Assembly: GCA_041946805.1 (NCBI GenBank)
Contig: JBHGBC010000148.1
Location: forward strand, 1 to 15,403
From: a bacterium
GTDB lineage: Bacteria; Hinthialibacterota; Hinthialibacteria; Hinthialibacterales; Hinthialibacteraceae
Direction of reading: 5' to 3'
Length of the DNA stretch: 15,403 nucleotides
Shown: positions 15,403 to 15,403 of the stretch, one piece after another
Layout of the letters: every line of letters starts with the position of its first letter
Numbering within the stretch: the first letter of the stretch is position 1
Translations under genes and position numbers: made by a program
Notes under the pieces: model-generated
Seen by the model: the letters and a program-made list of their open reading frames with translations, nothing else
What the model was told of the DNA's origin: nothing
The model's database searches: none

Positions 15403-15403
15403 G

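Overview
GC-rich bacterial window with nine complete CDS and one truncated CDS. Nearly all complete CDS encode exported proteins linked to carbohydrate use: a GH172/DUF2961 glycosidase, an alpha/beta-hydrolase esterase, a DUF4038/GH140-like glycosidase, a minus-strand pair (Tat-signal enolase-superfamily dehydratase and signal-peptide RraA/HMG-aldolase-like protein), an orphan type IV (pseudo)pilin, two paralogous multidomain ConA-like/Ig-like proteins and a beta-helix (Pectate_lyase_3-type) protein. The 3' end of sppA closes the window. Three less obvious signals stand out. (1) Both lectin-like paralogs end in the same short tail, VGV[EK][QD]W[SM]L[YH], after different last domains, which suggests a C-terminal sorting tag. 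(2) The intergenic regions hold a family of MITE-like elements bounded by a 22-bp TIR (consensus GGYTYATCCGRYAARTGCGTAC); one has a perfect 8-bp target duplication, and the two complete elements have different interiors carrying REP-like and BoxC-like palindromes. (3) A dehydratase plus aldolase pair, normally cytoplasmic, appears to be routed out of the cytoplasm. The pilin and tail motifs resemble, from memory only, proteins of the Sumerlaeota/Ca. Hinthialibacter (OLB16)-type lineages. All family calls are by eye, without database searches.
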